DNA from: Gnetum montanum
Taxonomy: Eukaryota; Plantae; Gnetophyta
Direction of reading: 5' to 3'
Length of the DNA: 64,000 bases
Assembly: GCA_015680685.1 (NCBI GenBank)
Contig: MNCI01002615.1
Location: forward strand, 104,524-168,523
The notes beneath the pieces were generated by a model, which was not told the origin of the DNA, did no database searches, and saw only the letters and a program-made list of their open reading frames with translations. Each line of letters opens with the position of its first letter. Positions within the stretch are counted from its first letter, which is position 1. Below, piece after piece: positions 41,170 to 53,590 of the stretch. Made by a program: the position numbers and the translations under genes.

Positions 41170-42725
41170 GGAATTAGACACTTAATAATCAAAGGAAATT
41201 CTCAACTTATGGTTAACCAAGTTATTGTTGCATGTAAAGCCAAACAATTACAACCGTACTATGATCTAGGGAAGTAATTATTACAACAATTCTAGACATT
41301 GATATCCAACACATACCTTGAAATTAGAATTCCATATCCAATGCAATTACAACACCAGGCCTCAATGTTATGCCAAATGTGTTTAGTAAATTATTCATCT
41401 TAACCATGGATTGTGATATTTCCATCATGCAAAATTCTAAGGCTAGCTTTGTTGCTATTGTTCATACATCTTCTGCCAACGAGTGGTATGACGATATCAG
41501 GTTTTACCTTATGTATGGTGAATCCTCATAAGGCTTGACTACCACTCAAAAGAATTCTATACATAAATAATCAAAGTAGTATGTCATCGTAGGTGATAAC
41601 ACATTATGTCAACAATCCTATGATGACATATTACTAAAGTGCTTAGGTAAAACCAAAGCCAAAATAGTCCTAGAGGGGGTTCATGAGGGTGTATGTGGAG
41701 GACATATAGGACCTAGAGCTATAATCACTAAGAATATATGGTTAGGCTATTTTTTGCCTTATATGAAAAGCAAGTTCCTGTATAAGGTTAAACGTTGTGA
41801 TACATGCCAATGGCATAGCAACTTGATACACATACCACCTACTAAGTTGCATACAACTTAGATCACTTGGTTGTTTTAAAGATGGGAGTTGCATATCATT
41901 TGACCTATAATTTCTAAGTCTTCCATAGGAAATAGCTTCATCATCACCGCAACCAAATACTTTACAAAGTGGATTGAAGATATTTCTTTAAGGAATATTA
42001 CATCTAAGGAAGTCTGTAAATTTATCTTGGATAACATTGTAGCCTATTTTTGGCATACCCATGACCATAGTTAGATACAATGGACCATATTTTAGTAGCC
42101 AAGAGACAAAATATTTCTGTCATGACTAAGGCATTAACCATTCCTTCTTGTCATCTTATTACCTCAAGCTAATGGACAAGTGGAGGCAAGCAATAAGGCC
42201 ATCATCAAATAGCTCAAGAAAATGCTTGATAATAGCAAGAAAAAATTGCATGAGTGACTTGTCCATGTACTTTGGGCCTATCATACAACTTACCATATAA
42301 CAACTGGTGTAACAACTTATAGCTTGGTTTATGATTCTAGAGTTTTTTTACCTTTTGAATTACATGTACCATTACTTTAGCTATCCTTGACTGACTTCAT
42401 TAATGATGAGCAAAGCGAGGAGTTGCAAATAGTGGACCTAGACTTACTAGAGGATCGACAAATGCAAGTGCTTGCTCACATTGAACACTATCAAGAGAGA
42501 AAAAAGTGGCAGCACCACCATAACTTGACCAAGTGTAAGATCAAGGAGGATGACTTAGTACTCAACTTCATCTATGAGCATGGAGATCAATTCTTAGCCA
42601 ACTGAGAAGGGTCCTTCCTTGTCACCAAAGCCTATGATAATAAACCATTAAGGATAGCTGAAATGGATGGAAATAAGTTTGCCAATCTATTCAATCATTC
42701 TTATCTAAAGCCTTATTACATATAG
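41170..42725 (+). pseudogene. archaeal-type RNase H (C-terminal part) and integrase, degenerate
   Basis: GIRHLIIKGNSQLMVNQV. WYDDIRFYL..VHEGVCGGHIG..CDTCQ. IITATKYFTKWIE, QANGQVEASNK, VLWAYHTT. Confidence 0.9.
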
Positions 42726-42756
42726 CTAACAATCATCAACAAGTGATCATGCTTCA

Positions 42757-43000
42757 CCATAGCCTATCGAGACCTTAAACTAGCAACATGACCTATAGAG
42801 GCCTAAAACTAGTAACACCACTATCTGTTGAGGCCTTAAATTGGTAATAAATCATACCAATGCCTAACACTAGTGATGCTATGGCCTACTAAGGTCTTAA
42901 ATTAGTACCATGATCTACTATGACCTTAAACTAGCACCATAGCCTACCAAGGCCTTAGACTAGTACAATGACTTGCCATGATCCTAAACTAGCAACATGG
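42757..43000 (+). repeat. 29-bp tandem array, third cluster
   Basis: Same GGCCTTAAACTAGCA unit as 28409-28640. Confidence 0.8.
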
Positions 43001-45316
43001 TAACCTAGGTAGCTTAGTTTGATCATTTTGTATGACCTATATGCATTGTAACATTATAACATGTTCTATTTTCTTTCTTTTCTTGTCCTCTTGGAGTTGT
43101 GTTTGTAGGATCAAGCTTAGGACCATCACAAGGACGCAACGCATTATAGTAGCAAGTCACCACATGATCTCAATGTGCAAGATTTTGTGAGTTTGTCCTA
43201 CTATGTCAAGATCTCTTATACCATTTCCCTCCATCTAACTCCACTCCTTAAGCCTAATCCCATAACCTCATTATGACCTTCCATACCTTAGAAAAAATGT
43301 TAACCTATGTTTGCCACTCATGCATTATAGTTTTGTGATATCCCTTCATCATGCTTCATCCTCAATTTCACTCATTTAGTGGAAAAAACTATTAAGTTCA
43401 TCAAGTATAACACACCTCGCTTTGATGGAAAAACCAAGTTCATTGAGTGTCACACAACACTCAATGGAAAAACCATAGCAAAACAACCTTGGTAATGAGA
43501 CCTAATGAAGGCCTCACCCCAAATAGAAAAATGTGGGGAGTAGAAAATTACCAAGGGGCTAAATGGCCAATAAAACCTCAAAACCCAATGGCCAAAGAAA
43601 TATTACACTAAATTGATTAAGTCCTCAAATGCATTTGTCAAGCAACCAACACTTTAAAACATTCAGTATCATGATATAGCCATGATGACAACACTTAGAC
43701 TACATTGTTAGCCTCCATGACCATCTTCCTAATTACCATTACCACTCCTTCATCATAGCCTTATCCCATCATCATAAGCACTCTTCAACATGGTTTGACA
43801 TGACTAGATCAAGCACGATGAGGAAACACTAGTGCTAGTCCTATAGTGGTGTTTTGTATTCTTTGTCAATGCCTCTCAGGTCAATCCTCTAAACACCAAC
43901 AAAGAGGAGCCAATGAAACACCACCAAATTTGCATGTTGTAACCTTTGTGATCCCATCCCATGAAACTAGAGGTAAAACTTCATTGTAAATGTGAAGGTT
44001 GTAACCCATGAGGAGCAATCTAACATATTTCATACTTTTGGGGCTAAAAATACCTCATAAGTGGTCAAAGCCTTATTCCTTGAGTAAAAAGAGTCATCTA
44101 GTATCTATATTTGGACTTGGGGAAGTCAAAAATGCCTTTTGGAATGCCAAAATGGTATTTTAATGGATTTTACCTTATAGGAGGATAAGCCAGCTAGGAG
44201 ACATCAAAACTAGTGTGGAGGAGTGTACGTGGATGAAACTCACTTATCCCTAGCATGGCCAAGGGGGTAACTTAGCCTGGAGGAGTTAACCTTCATGCCT
44301 AGTGTTAATCACTCATCTCCCTCAACATTGACACTCTTCCCCTAGCATGGCAGAGTTAGCAACTAGGATGCATGAGGGTAGATCTTACCTACCCTTCTTG
44401 AATGTGGTAGTAATTTGGTAGCCAATTTTTTAGCTATTTATAGCCAATTTGTAGCCCAAATCATGGCTAAAACCTTATAAAAACTAAATATTGATATCAT
44501 TTCAACGTTCCACACTTTTGCAATTACACATCCTTGGCATTTTTCATACTTTGATCATTTGACACCTAAGAGGTCTTGTTTCTAGTAAAAACAATGCTTC
44601 TTAAGGCTTCTCATTTTGGAACCTTCCTAGCTCTATTACCCCTATTACCCCCCTTGGGATCTATGAGCTTTAGGTGTCAACATTACCCCCTGGGATCCCC
44701 AAATCCCAACATGAAGCTTATTTGTTGTTCCAATCCTTCACATTTCTCAGCATTTTCAATGATAAACATTTCATATCTTGATTTACAATAGAGGAGGTTC
44801 AAAAACATCAAGAGTGGCCAAGAATCCAAATCGTGAAGTCGATTCTATCTTCTTTAATGGGCTTGGAATCCCTGCCCAAGTGGACCCCCATTTGATCTCC
44901 CACAAGCACTTTTATACACACCTCTAAACTCATTCTTTATTTATTTAATAAATTTTATATTTTATTTTGTGTGCAATTGGTATTCATTTGAATTTTAAAT
45001 TTTCAAATTTTTACATTTTTACACCACCATTTTGCACCTAGTAAGTCCCTGGGTGATCTACCAAATTGGCCAAAGCATCATAAATCCCATTTTTTCTTGA
45101 AAGCCCTAGGGAATTGAGGTTGAGGCTATTTGTGGCTAAGAATCCTTGGTTTTCCAACAATCAAGATTTTTTGTTGCAACAATCTAGATTTAGTATTTAA
45201 AGGTGCTTAATTAGTGGAGAGAACCTACTACAACATTATTGATATCAGAGCTTTGTGATTGAAACATAGAGTTTATTATTTCTTGGAAATATGTTAATGA
45301 TTTTTTCAATTTCAGA

Positions 45317-47886
45317 TGGCACCCAAGAAGAAATAGGTGAAAGCCCTAAATTGAAACATGGAAAGCATGCCTTTTAAATAATGGTTGCTTAGTTAGATGA
45401 AATCAACACAAAGGTAGATAGAAATGCCAATCCTAGCCATATCTAAATACACAAATGTGAAGAGCATGAACATTCATATGAAGTTCCATAGCTAGGTAGA
45501 GATAAAGCAGATGAAGAGAAAGGAAAATCTACCTATGGAAGTGTTTGAAATCATTAGCCAAGGATTCATATGGAAGAGAATCCTATTCCTTAGGTAAAAA
45601 CTTCAAGGGCTCCAGTGGTGTTTAATACTTATCTAAGCAAGCTTGACTAGGAAGATGTGGCAAGGCTTGCTAGAACATTTAGAAATGCTACAAGACATCT
45701 ATACATGGAGTTGATTACTTTTAATGATACTGATGGCACCAATGCTTTTGCAAGCTATCTGAAGATACTTGAGAAGGATTTTTAATTGGAAGGGTTACCA
45801 AATAACTTAAGGGTATCCATTGATGAATCCATATTAAAAGGTATGACTTTGACTTGGTGGGAAAAGGAGTTCTAAGTTTATGAAATATGAAATCATCAAC
45901 CCATCAAAAATTAGGATATGATAAAATACAGGTTAAAAAGAAAGCTATAATTATCTTGTCAGAGGTAAGAAATCATTATGATGTTAAAATTCCTAAGGTA
46001 AGGTGACAAGGATGTCAAAGAAATCTACATCGAATTTTAGGATCTATTTAATCAAACTAGGGTAAACTGGGAAGACTTTGAATAGACTTCAATCTTTTTA
46101 GAAAATTTCAAAATGATGTAATAGTAGAAGTTATCTTTTTATGAGCTGTAAATGCTTGATGAGGCTTATGATTTGGCACTCAAAGCTAAGAAGAAATTAG
46201 GTGGATTTGGAAATAGGAGCAAACAAAATTTCAAGGAAAGGAAGAAAGGATCCATTTTCAAATCTAAAGATAAGGAGGGTAGTCAAGATAAGAAGAAAGA
46301 AAGAGAAGATGAGAAGGAGAAGGCTAAGAAGGACCAAAGCAAGGAAGACAAGGATTAAGGTAGAAATGCATAAAAAAAATTCAATGCTTCAAGTATGGAG
46401 AATGGTGACACAAGCAATGAAAATGTCAAATTCACAAGGTAGCAAGGGCAAAGATGTATAAACCATGGAGGTGAGGGAGACATCAAACCAAGGTCTTCAA
46501 AGAGGCAATCCTAATGCTCCAAAAATTGAGGATTTTTCTAAATTATATTCTTATGCATTCATAGGGAATGTGAATAGAGAAGATCACTATAATAGAAAAT
46601 TGTTATTTTAGATTAGGGCTAGATGTTTACTTAGTGCGAAATGGATTCATGTTTTGAGTGATGGGGGAGCTGAAGAAAATATTATTTCTTCTAAGGTAAT
46701 TGCTAGATTGGGTTTGGTAACTAATCCTTATCCTAAGTCTTATAAAGTACATTGGTTTTCTTGAAATGTTTCCCAAGAGATGAAGGAACAATGTATTTTG
46801 AGATTTAAAATTGGAGGCTTTCATGATGTTTTGAAGTCTGATGTGCTTCCAATAGATTGTACTGATGTAATTTTTGATAGACCTTGGAATTTCAATAATG
46901 GTGGTTAGTTTGATGAAGCAAGAAATATGTGGAGTTTAGCTAGATGTGATGAAATTCATGATTTCATTCCTACGATGGTGGAACAAGTGAGATAGCAAAG
47001 CTTACTTAATGATTTCTTAATCCTTATAGGAGAGAGAGAATACATTAAGAAATGTGATGAAACCAGTTTTGGTTTTATTATTATGACAACAATTGCTACT
47101 AATCATGATAATGTGTAGGTTCAACTTCCTATAGGTGTGTCAGGCTTAAATAAGAAATTTTTCAAGGTGTTTAAAGAAGAATTAGATGATCTAACACTAA
47201 TGAGGAATGTATAGCATCAGAGTGACTTCATTCCTAGTGCTACCATTCCAAATGAGAGAGCCTACCAGATGGTACCAAATTAGAGGGCTAAATTGCAAAG
47301 GCAAGTAGAGAAGTTACTTACAGAGGGAATTCATTTCACCTTGTGTAATTCTAGCAATACTAGTGTCAAACAAGGATAATGATGAATGGAGAATATGCTT
47401 TAATTTCAAGATAGTTAACAAGATAATAGTGAGGTACATGTTTCCTATTCTAAGGATGAATGATACCCTTGATGTCCTTACCAATGAAAATATTTTTAGC
47501 AAAATTGATTTAAAGAGTGGATGCCATCAAACTAGAATTAGGTTTAATAATGAGTGGAAGATAGCTTTCGAGATACTAGATAGATTATTTGAATGATTAG
47601 TGATGTCATTTGGACTCCCAAATGCACCTACTACATTCATGAAGTGGATGCATGATGTAATGAATGACTTGATTGGTAAGTGATGTATTGTCTTTTTTGA
47701 CAATATTTTGGTATATATCTGTAATGAGGAATAGCACTTGGATCACTTAAGGATGGTGTGTCTTAAATTGAAGGAGGCACAACTAGTGATCAATGTGAAG
47801 AAAAGTCATTTCTTCAAGAGGAAAATCACATATTTGAGGTATGTGGTTTCTAGAAATTATATTTGAATGGAAGTTACCAAGGTGAA
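45317..47886 (+). pseudogene. gypsy gag-protease-reverse transcriptase, degenerate
   Basis: VLSDGGAEENII (PR). WRICFNFKIVNKIIVRYMFPILRMNDTLDVL..IFSKIDLKSGCHQTRI and FGLPNAPTTFM..FFDNILVY (RT). Confidence 0.9.
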
Positions 47887-49289
47887 TGTGGATTGAGAAC
47901 TTAGAAGGAGGGTTGAATAAGTTCCCCAATTTAAATTGCACCTATCACACAAAGACACCATATTTTACATGGTTTCCTAACTTGGGTACATCCACACTCA
48001 AAGGGTAGAATCTATGCACACCTTCTGACTTTGTTTCTAAATAAAATGTGATTTAAAGGATACCACACCCTCTATAAGGTTAGAGCTCTACACTAGAGTG
48101 TTTTATTGCTACAAAACCACTCAATCCCACAAGGTTTCAACAATCTCAAAATGTGATTTCAAGCATCCCACAACCTTTACAAGATTGAGCTCCACTTTGA
48201 AGTGTTTTGATGCTACAAAACCATTCAACTATGCAAGATCCTAACAACCTCAATGTGGATGCCTTCTCACAAGAAGTACATCAACCATGTAGGGCTACAA
48301 GGAAAAGAGAAAGACACAAGAAAAGAATGTAACTAAATTTACAAGTCCTTGATGTTGAAGCTCAATACAATATACAACCAAGCAAATGATGTTACAATGA
48401 AGAACAAGAATACAATAACATAGATTAGATAATGATTGATCTTGTGTGTATAGTACTTGCACAATTTCCAAGATTTTGGTATCTTCTTATAGCCTCAAAG
48501 TTTCCAAAAACTCCTCAAAATTTATGCAACATCTACCAAACAGCTAGTGTAGATGTATCCTTCAAAGTTGAGATGTCTAACTAAGATTTGTCTCAATTTA
48601 GGAGAGATGTCTCATTGGAAAATGGGATGTCTCTATGGAGACATCTACTATTTTGGGATACATCTTCTCAAATTTGGTTTCTATCTTCTAAGGCTTTCTC
48701 TTGTTAATTTGCCCTCTTGCCAATCCTTGAAGCATCTTCATTTGATTTGTAGCCTTCATTTTCAACCATGCTCATTCATGCTCTCATCTTGGCCTATGTA
48801 ATCTTCACTTTATCATTTCATTGTAAATCTTATTTTTTTGAGTTCTTAGATTTCATGTGAAGTTCTTATTCATGTCTTGCAAACACATTATCCATAATAA
48901 ACATTTTATGTTCTCCATTTTCCTTAAGGTTTTGACATATCAAAAGGTCAACAATCTACCCTTTTGGTGATATCAAAAACTTAAGAAAATATGTTAGTAG
49001 ATATAAGATTTAAATAACAATAAATAATAGAAATACTTAAGATCTATAAATTCCAATGATATCCAAAGGGAATCATGGAGGTGAAACATAAGAACTTAAG
49101 CTAATAAATTTGAGACTATAGATTTCCACAAACTGTCCAAAGGCCAACCTATCTATAAGGCATAAGCATAAAGTTTACAAGCATCACAACCATCATACAT
49201 AGTGTTGTTCCATAATGTGCAAATGTACAGCCCAAAAATTCTCCCTCTTTTTGGACGTCGTTCAAAAGGAGGAACCACCCAAGGACTCT

Positions 49290-50920
49290 AGTCGCTTATC
49301 TTAGTGGCATCATGAAATTCCTCATTAGAAGCAACTACAACATGAGAAGGTCTATAGGTCTCCTCATCATCATCATCACTACTAGTACTAGTGCTAGAGA
49401 CATGCTACTCATTGTTATCATTCGAAGAAGGCATATGAACTAGAGCCCTCTATGGATGAAGCTTCACTCAAAATTGAGATGAAGCAAGTAGATTCTGCTG
49501 GGTGGATCCTACTAGGATGGATCCTACTTAGAGGAGGAGGAAGAACCCTTCCTCTAATAGGTGATAGGATTGATAGGTCTCCACTGAGAAGAGGTCCTAA
49601 AGATGCACTCCATGTCCTACTACTCAAAAGTCCTTAGAGCATCAACCTAATGATATGAACAAGGTCCAAGCTACATGGGATTAGGATGTTGCCCTTGGAC
49701 ATGTACTAATGGTGCATTAGGCTTCTCTAAATCCAATGTGTTTCCTAAGTCATAGGTCTAACAAGGTCTAGCTACTACTTAATATCTCAGTGGGACTAGG
49801 AAGTCTTCCTCACTGTCTAAAATGGGAGGAATGGTAATATCCTCAAATTGATGCTTATCAAGAGGAAGAGGTACCCTAGCTACATCCATTCTCTTATGAA
49901 GGTAAGAGAGATTCCTGCCAATATTCACAATAGCATGAGTAAAGGGTTTCAACAGCTTCTTCATAGAATATGTCATCTAATTACCAATAGATTTAGACCT
50001 TCTAAATTGAGAAGAGGCCTAAGATGGTGATTTTATTTCTAGATTTGTGAGGTTTGGTGCTAATTTTTAGTTTGTTATTGTGGGTGAAGCTCCTATTTTA
50101 TGAAGATTCACCAAGGCTCCTCTTTCCTTTAAGTAATGCATGTCAAGAATGGAAACACCTCTCTATCAGATTAGCGAATTGATGAGATGAGGATGCCCAT
50201 AGATTCTCTCCTTGGTGAATAAGCCCAACATGTCTTGGTAAAGAGTGTGACCCAAGTCTAAGGATTATCCTTTGAGAAGGCAATAGAGAACAAATGTTTG
50301 GACAGGCAACAAATAATTATAGATTTCTCCTTTTATAATGATATTGTAAAAAACAAGGAGAGAGAGGATGGAAGCATATGGGCCCATTTTATTCCTATAA
50401 ATTATCCCAATATGAAGAGACATTGACTCCCCAAAAAAAGCATCAAAAAATTCATCTTGGGAGATAGGAATCACACCATTTGTGAAGATGTCATTCCTAG
50501 AATGAATGATGATCCTAAACACATAAGCACTAGAAATCCTAAGAATTTCATTAACTACTTGGGGAGAAATATCAATTAACATACCCCAAACCATAGTAGT
50601 AAAAGCCCCAACAGAAGCATTTATAATCACAATGTTGCTATAGAATTCTCTTATGAGAATTGCAAGTGCATAAAAATTCATGGAAATGAATGTAACCTAG
50701 TTCAAAACTTAAAAGAATTCCTTCTGTTGATGCTACTAGAAACAAAGAGAATGCTTAAAGATAATAGAGATGGTTTGAGTTACATCAAACCAATGTTAGG
50801 CATCAATGGACTTGAATTATGGAGTGTAAGCACTAGCAGTGCTAGAGAAATATTCCTTTGACTTCTTGCTCTTCCTTGGCAATGTCCTTGACATTGCAAC
50901 CTTCTTGTAGGCCATGGCTT
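49290..50920 (-). pseudogene. env-like/accessory ORF of the SIRE-like element
   Basis: LIREFYSN..TTMVWGMLIDISPQVVNEILRI motif, located immediately upstream of multiple PPT-like tracts and the 3' LTR. Confidence 0.65.
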
Positions 50921-51329
50921 TGAAGAAAAGTGCTCAACTCATTGTAGTTGGTGAAACCCTATTTGTCTCCCCTTGGACATTTATGCTTAGATGTGGATAA
51001 ATGAATAAAAAATGAAGCTTTGAATTTATATAATCATGCTTAATGATGGTTTTTTACAAAACGATATATGTCTTCTTTGAGACATAGATGTCTATGTTGC
51101 ACTTATAATCAACAAGTAGATGTCTCATTGGAAAATTAGATATCTTAGCCACATCGAATAGAAACAAAGGTAGACATCTCTTTTCAAAAGTAGATGTCTT
51201 TGAGTAGACAATTCCTCAGTCATGAAGATGGAAGATGTCTTTAGGTAGACATCTCAGCAAGAAAGGATTTAGGGATGGCTATCATGAATTATAGTCTTTA
51301 GAGATATTCACAATGAACTGAAAACTTAC

Positions 51330-53300
51330 CTCTACTTACCTTTCTTGCTAAAGAGAATGAAGGTGCCTAAGTAGCTTGAGAATGAGATCCTTGTTTTGGG
51401 GTTCTTCTCACATAAATTTCTTCTATTTCCAAAGATTAGCTTCCTCTTAAATATTTTTTTTGGAGAGGATTCTCTCACTATCATTTTTTTTCTTCTTGAT
51501 TCTCCATACCTTCTTAACTCCCTTGTCCTTTTGATTTTTTCCCATTCTCTTATTGTCCTACATACTTTCCTTTCTAAAAACATTTGGATAAGACCAAGGA
51601 GTTCTATGATATGTCTAGGTCTTAATATGATAATGCTTGAAATTGCAAATCCATTATTTATGCCCAAATCTATTACAATAATAACACCTAACCCTTTTTT
51701 TTAGATTAATTCAAATACATTTTGCGAAGATGCTTGTTCTTGTTGATAGCAACCAAGTCCACTTTTATCATTTGGACTTCTTCCTTGACCAAGAACTATT
51801 CAAAGTAATTCTTTTCCTTTGAGTTGTCCCTATTCTCTTATTGTCCTACATACTTTCCTTTTAAAAGACATTTGGATAAGACCAAGGAGTTCTAAGATAT
51901 GTCTAGGTGCTCATATGATAATGCTTTAAATTGCAAACCCAGTTTATGCCCAAATCTATTACAGTAATAACACCTAACCTTTTTGTTTAGATTAAAGTTA
52001 TTAGACCTTGAAGTTTCTCTTTGGTTAAATGTAGTGCCAATAGTTACATCAATCTTTGAAGGGGCTTCTTATTCGAATACATTTTGTGGAGATGCTTCTT
52101 CTTGTTGACAATAACCAAGTCCACTTTTATCATTTGGACTTCTTCCTTGTCCAGTAACTATTCAAAGTGATTCTTTTCCTTTGACTAGCCCCTCATTTAC
52201 AAGCTTAGCATCTACAAGTTCTTCCTTAATTTGCTCATAGGACATGGTTATTTTTTATTCTCAGGACTTGGGTCTAAGGTTTTTTTTTTTTTTTTTGTGA
52301 GATCTAAAATGTTCATATTTAATAAAGAAACATCTTGATCTTTATTCTTTAATTTTATACAAATATTTTGAAGAGATAAAAGTTCATTGAGCAAGAGGTC
52401 ATACCTATCTTCTTTAGGTTCCATTTGATGATCATCATCTAACAAGCTAGTATCATCATCTGTGAGAGACATACAGATGAGATATGAATCTTTTGAAGTG
52501 TCATCCACTTCTTCTTTACTTTGTTGTCCATCATCCCAACTTGAGTAGAGGTTGATCTTTTTCATGTTCATGTTAGTCTTATCCTTTTGTTGTAACTATC
52601 ATTGATAGAATATTCAAGGGTCACATGGCCTCTTCCACCACATACCCAACATTCTATTGACAAAGCATTAAAATTAGAATTTGAAAAGTTCTTACTTCTA
52701 TCCCTACCTTTAAAGTTGGATTGGTTGGGTCATGGTTGATTAAGGCTTCTTTCCTTCCTTGCTAGAAGCCTTTGAACTCTACTTGATAAAAGAGTTATTT
52801 CTTCTTTGTTGTTCAATTCTTATTCAACCGGTTCCTTCTCTTTGGATGCTAATTTCAATGCAATGGGCTTTTCTTTTATTACTCCTTTTCTTATAAGAAT
52901 CCTTTCATAAGCAATGAGAGCACTTTGGAGTCCTTCAAATTTTAAGATTGAAAAATCCCTAATTTCTTCCATAGCTATAACCTTAGGTCTAAGTCTATGT
53001 TGTAGTGTTCTAATCATTTTAATGATTACATCACCTTTGGGTAAGTCATTGTCTATATCCCTAATTTCTATAACTAGATCATTTGCCCTAGAAAAATAAT
53101 CTTTTATCTTTTCACCTTCTCTCATTTTAAGTTTGTCATACTCACTTTGCAAAATCAAGAGTTTTGATTATTTAACTATGGATGTGCCGTCATTGGTAGC
53201 TTCTAAGGTTTTCCAAATTTGTTTAGTAGTTCTACTTTTAGATACTCTATTAAATTCAAACTTCTTTAATGCACAATATAAATAATTTTTTTCTTTAGCA
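51330..53300 (-). pseudogene. copia gag with zinc knuckle and internally duplicated C-terminal region
   Basis: LQSEYDKLKMREGEKIKDYF and CWVCGGRGHV. Duplicated blocks at 51542-51693/51830-51978 and 51714-51822/52076-52184. Confidence 0.8.
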
Positions 53301-53319
53301 CTATGTCATGACTTATGTT

Positions 53320-53590
53320 TTCTTTGTTGAAGAAAAATAAGGATTTAAAGTGGGATAATGAAACCCAAGGTAGCTTTAACTTGTTAAAAGAAAAAATTAC
53401 CAATGAACCAATACTTACAATTCTAGATTTTTAGAAGCTTTTTCAAGTGGAGTTGAATGAAAGTAGACTTTCCATTTGTGGGGTACTTTCACAAGAACGT
53501 AGGCCTATTGCTTTCTTTTCTAAAAAGTTGAATGAGCTAATGAAAAAATATAGCATATATGAGAAGGAGTTGTACACTATTCTGCAATTT
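53320..53590 (+). pseudogene. gypsy RT-RNase H fragment
   Basis: LLKKNKDLKWD..LKEKITNEPIL..GVLSQERRPIAFFSKKLNE..YSIYEKELY. Confidence 0.85.

Larger units (their letters stand above)
21867..45181 (+). mobile_element. Tat-like Ty3/gypsy element, 23.3 kb, RT absent
   Basis: LTRs 21867-23184 and 43914-45181 (TGAAACACCACC...TGCAAC/TA). TSD ATATA/ATCTA with one mismatch. PBS TGGTGTTAGAAGGAAGG 23192-23208 and PPT AAAGAGGAGCCAA 43901-43913. Archaeal-type RNase H next to integrase. Confidence 0.85.
47887..53310 (-). mobile_element. second SIRE-like copia element (3' LTR 47887-48953, env-like ORF, gag; no pol; 5' end deleted)
   Basis: The LTR terminus is the reverse complement of the 14680-14721 terminus. 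PPT at 48954-48967. gag ORF 52820-53158 is closely similar to 15019-15345. Confidence 0.85.
20955..53590 (+). mobile_element. Ty3/gypsy element with Met PBS (chromovirus-type) hosting the Tat-like and second SIRE-like insertions; 3' truncated
   Basis: LTR halves 20955-21866 and 45182-45238 rejoin across the Tat-like element. PBS TGATATCAGAGC 45240-45251. gag-PR-RT 45317-47886 resumes as RNase H at ~53320-53590. Confidence 0.75.
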
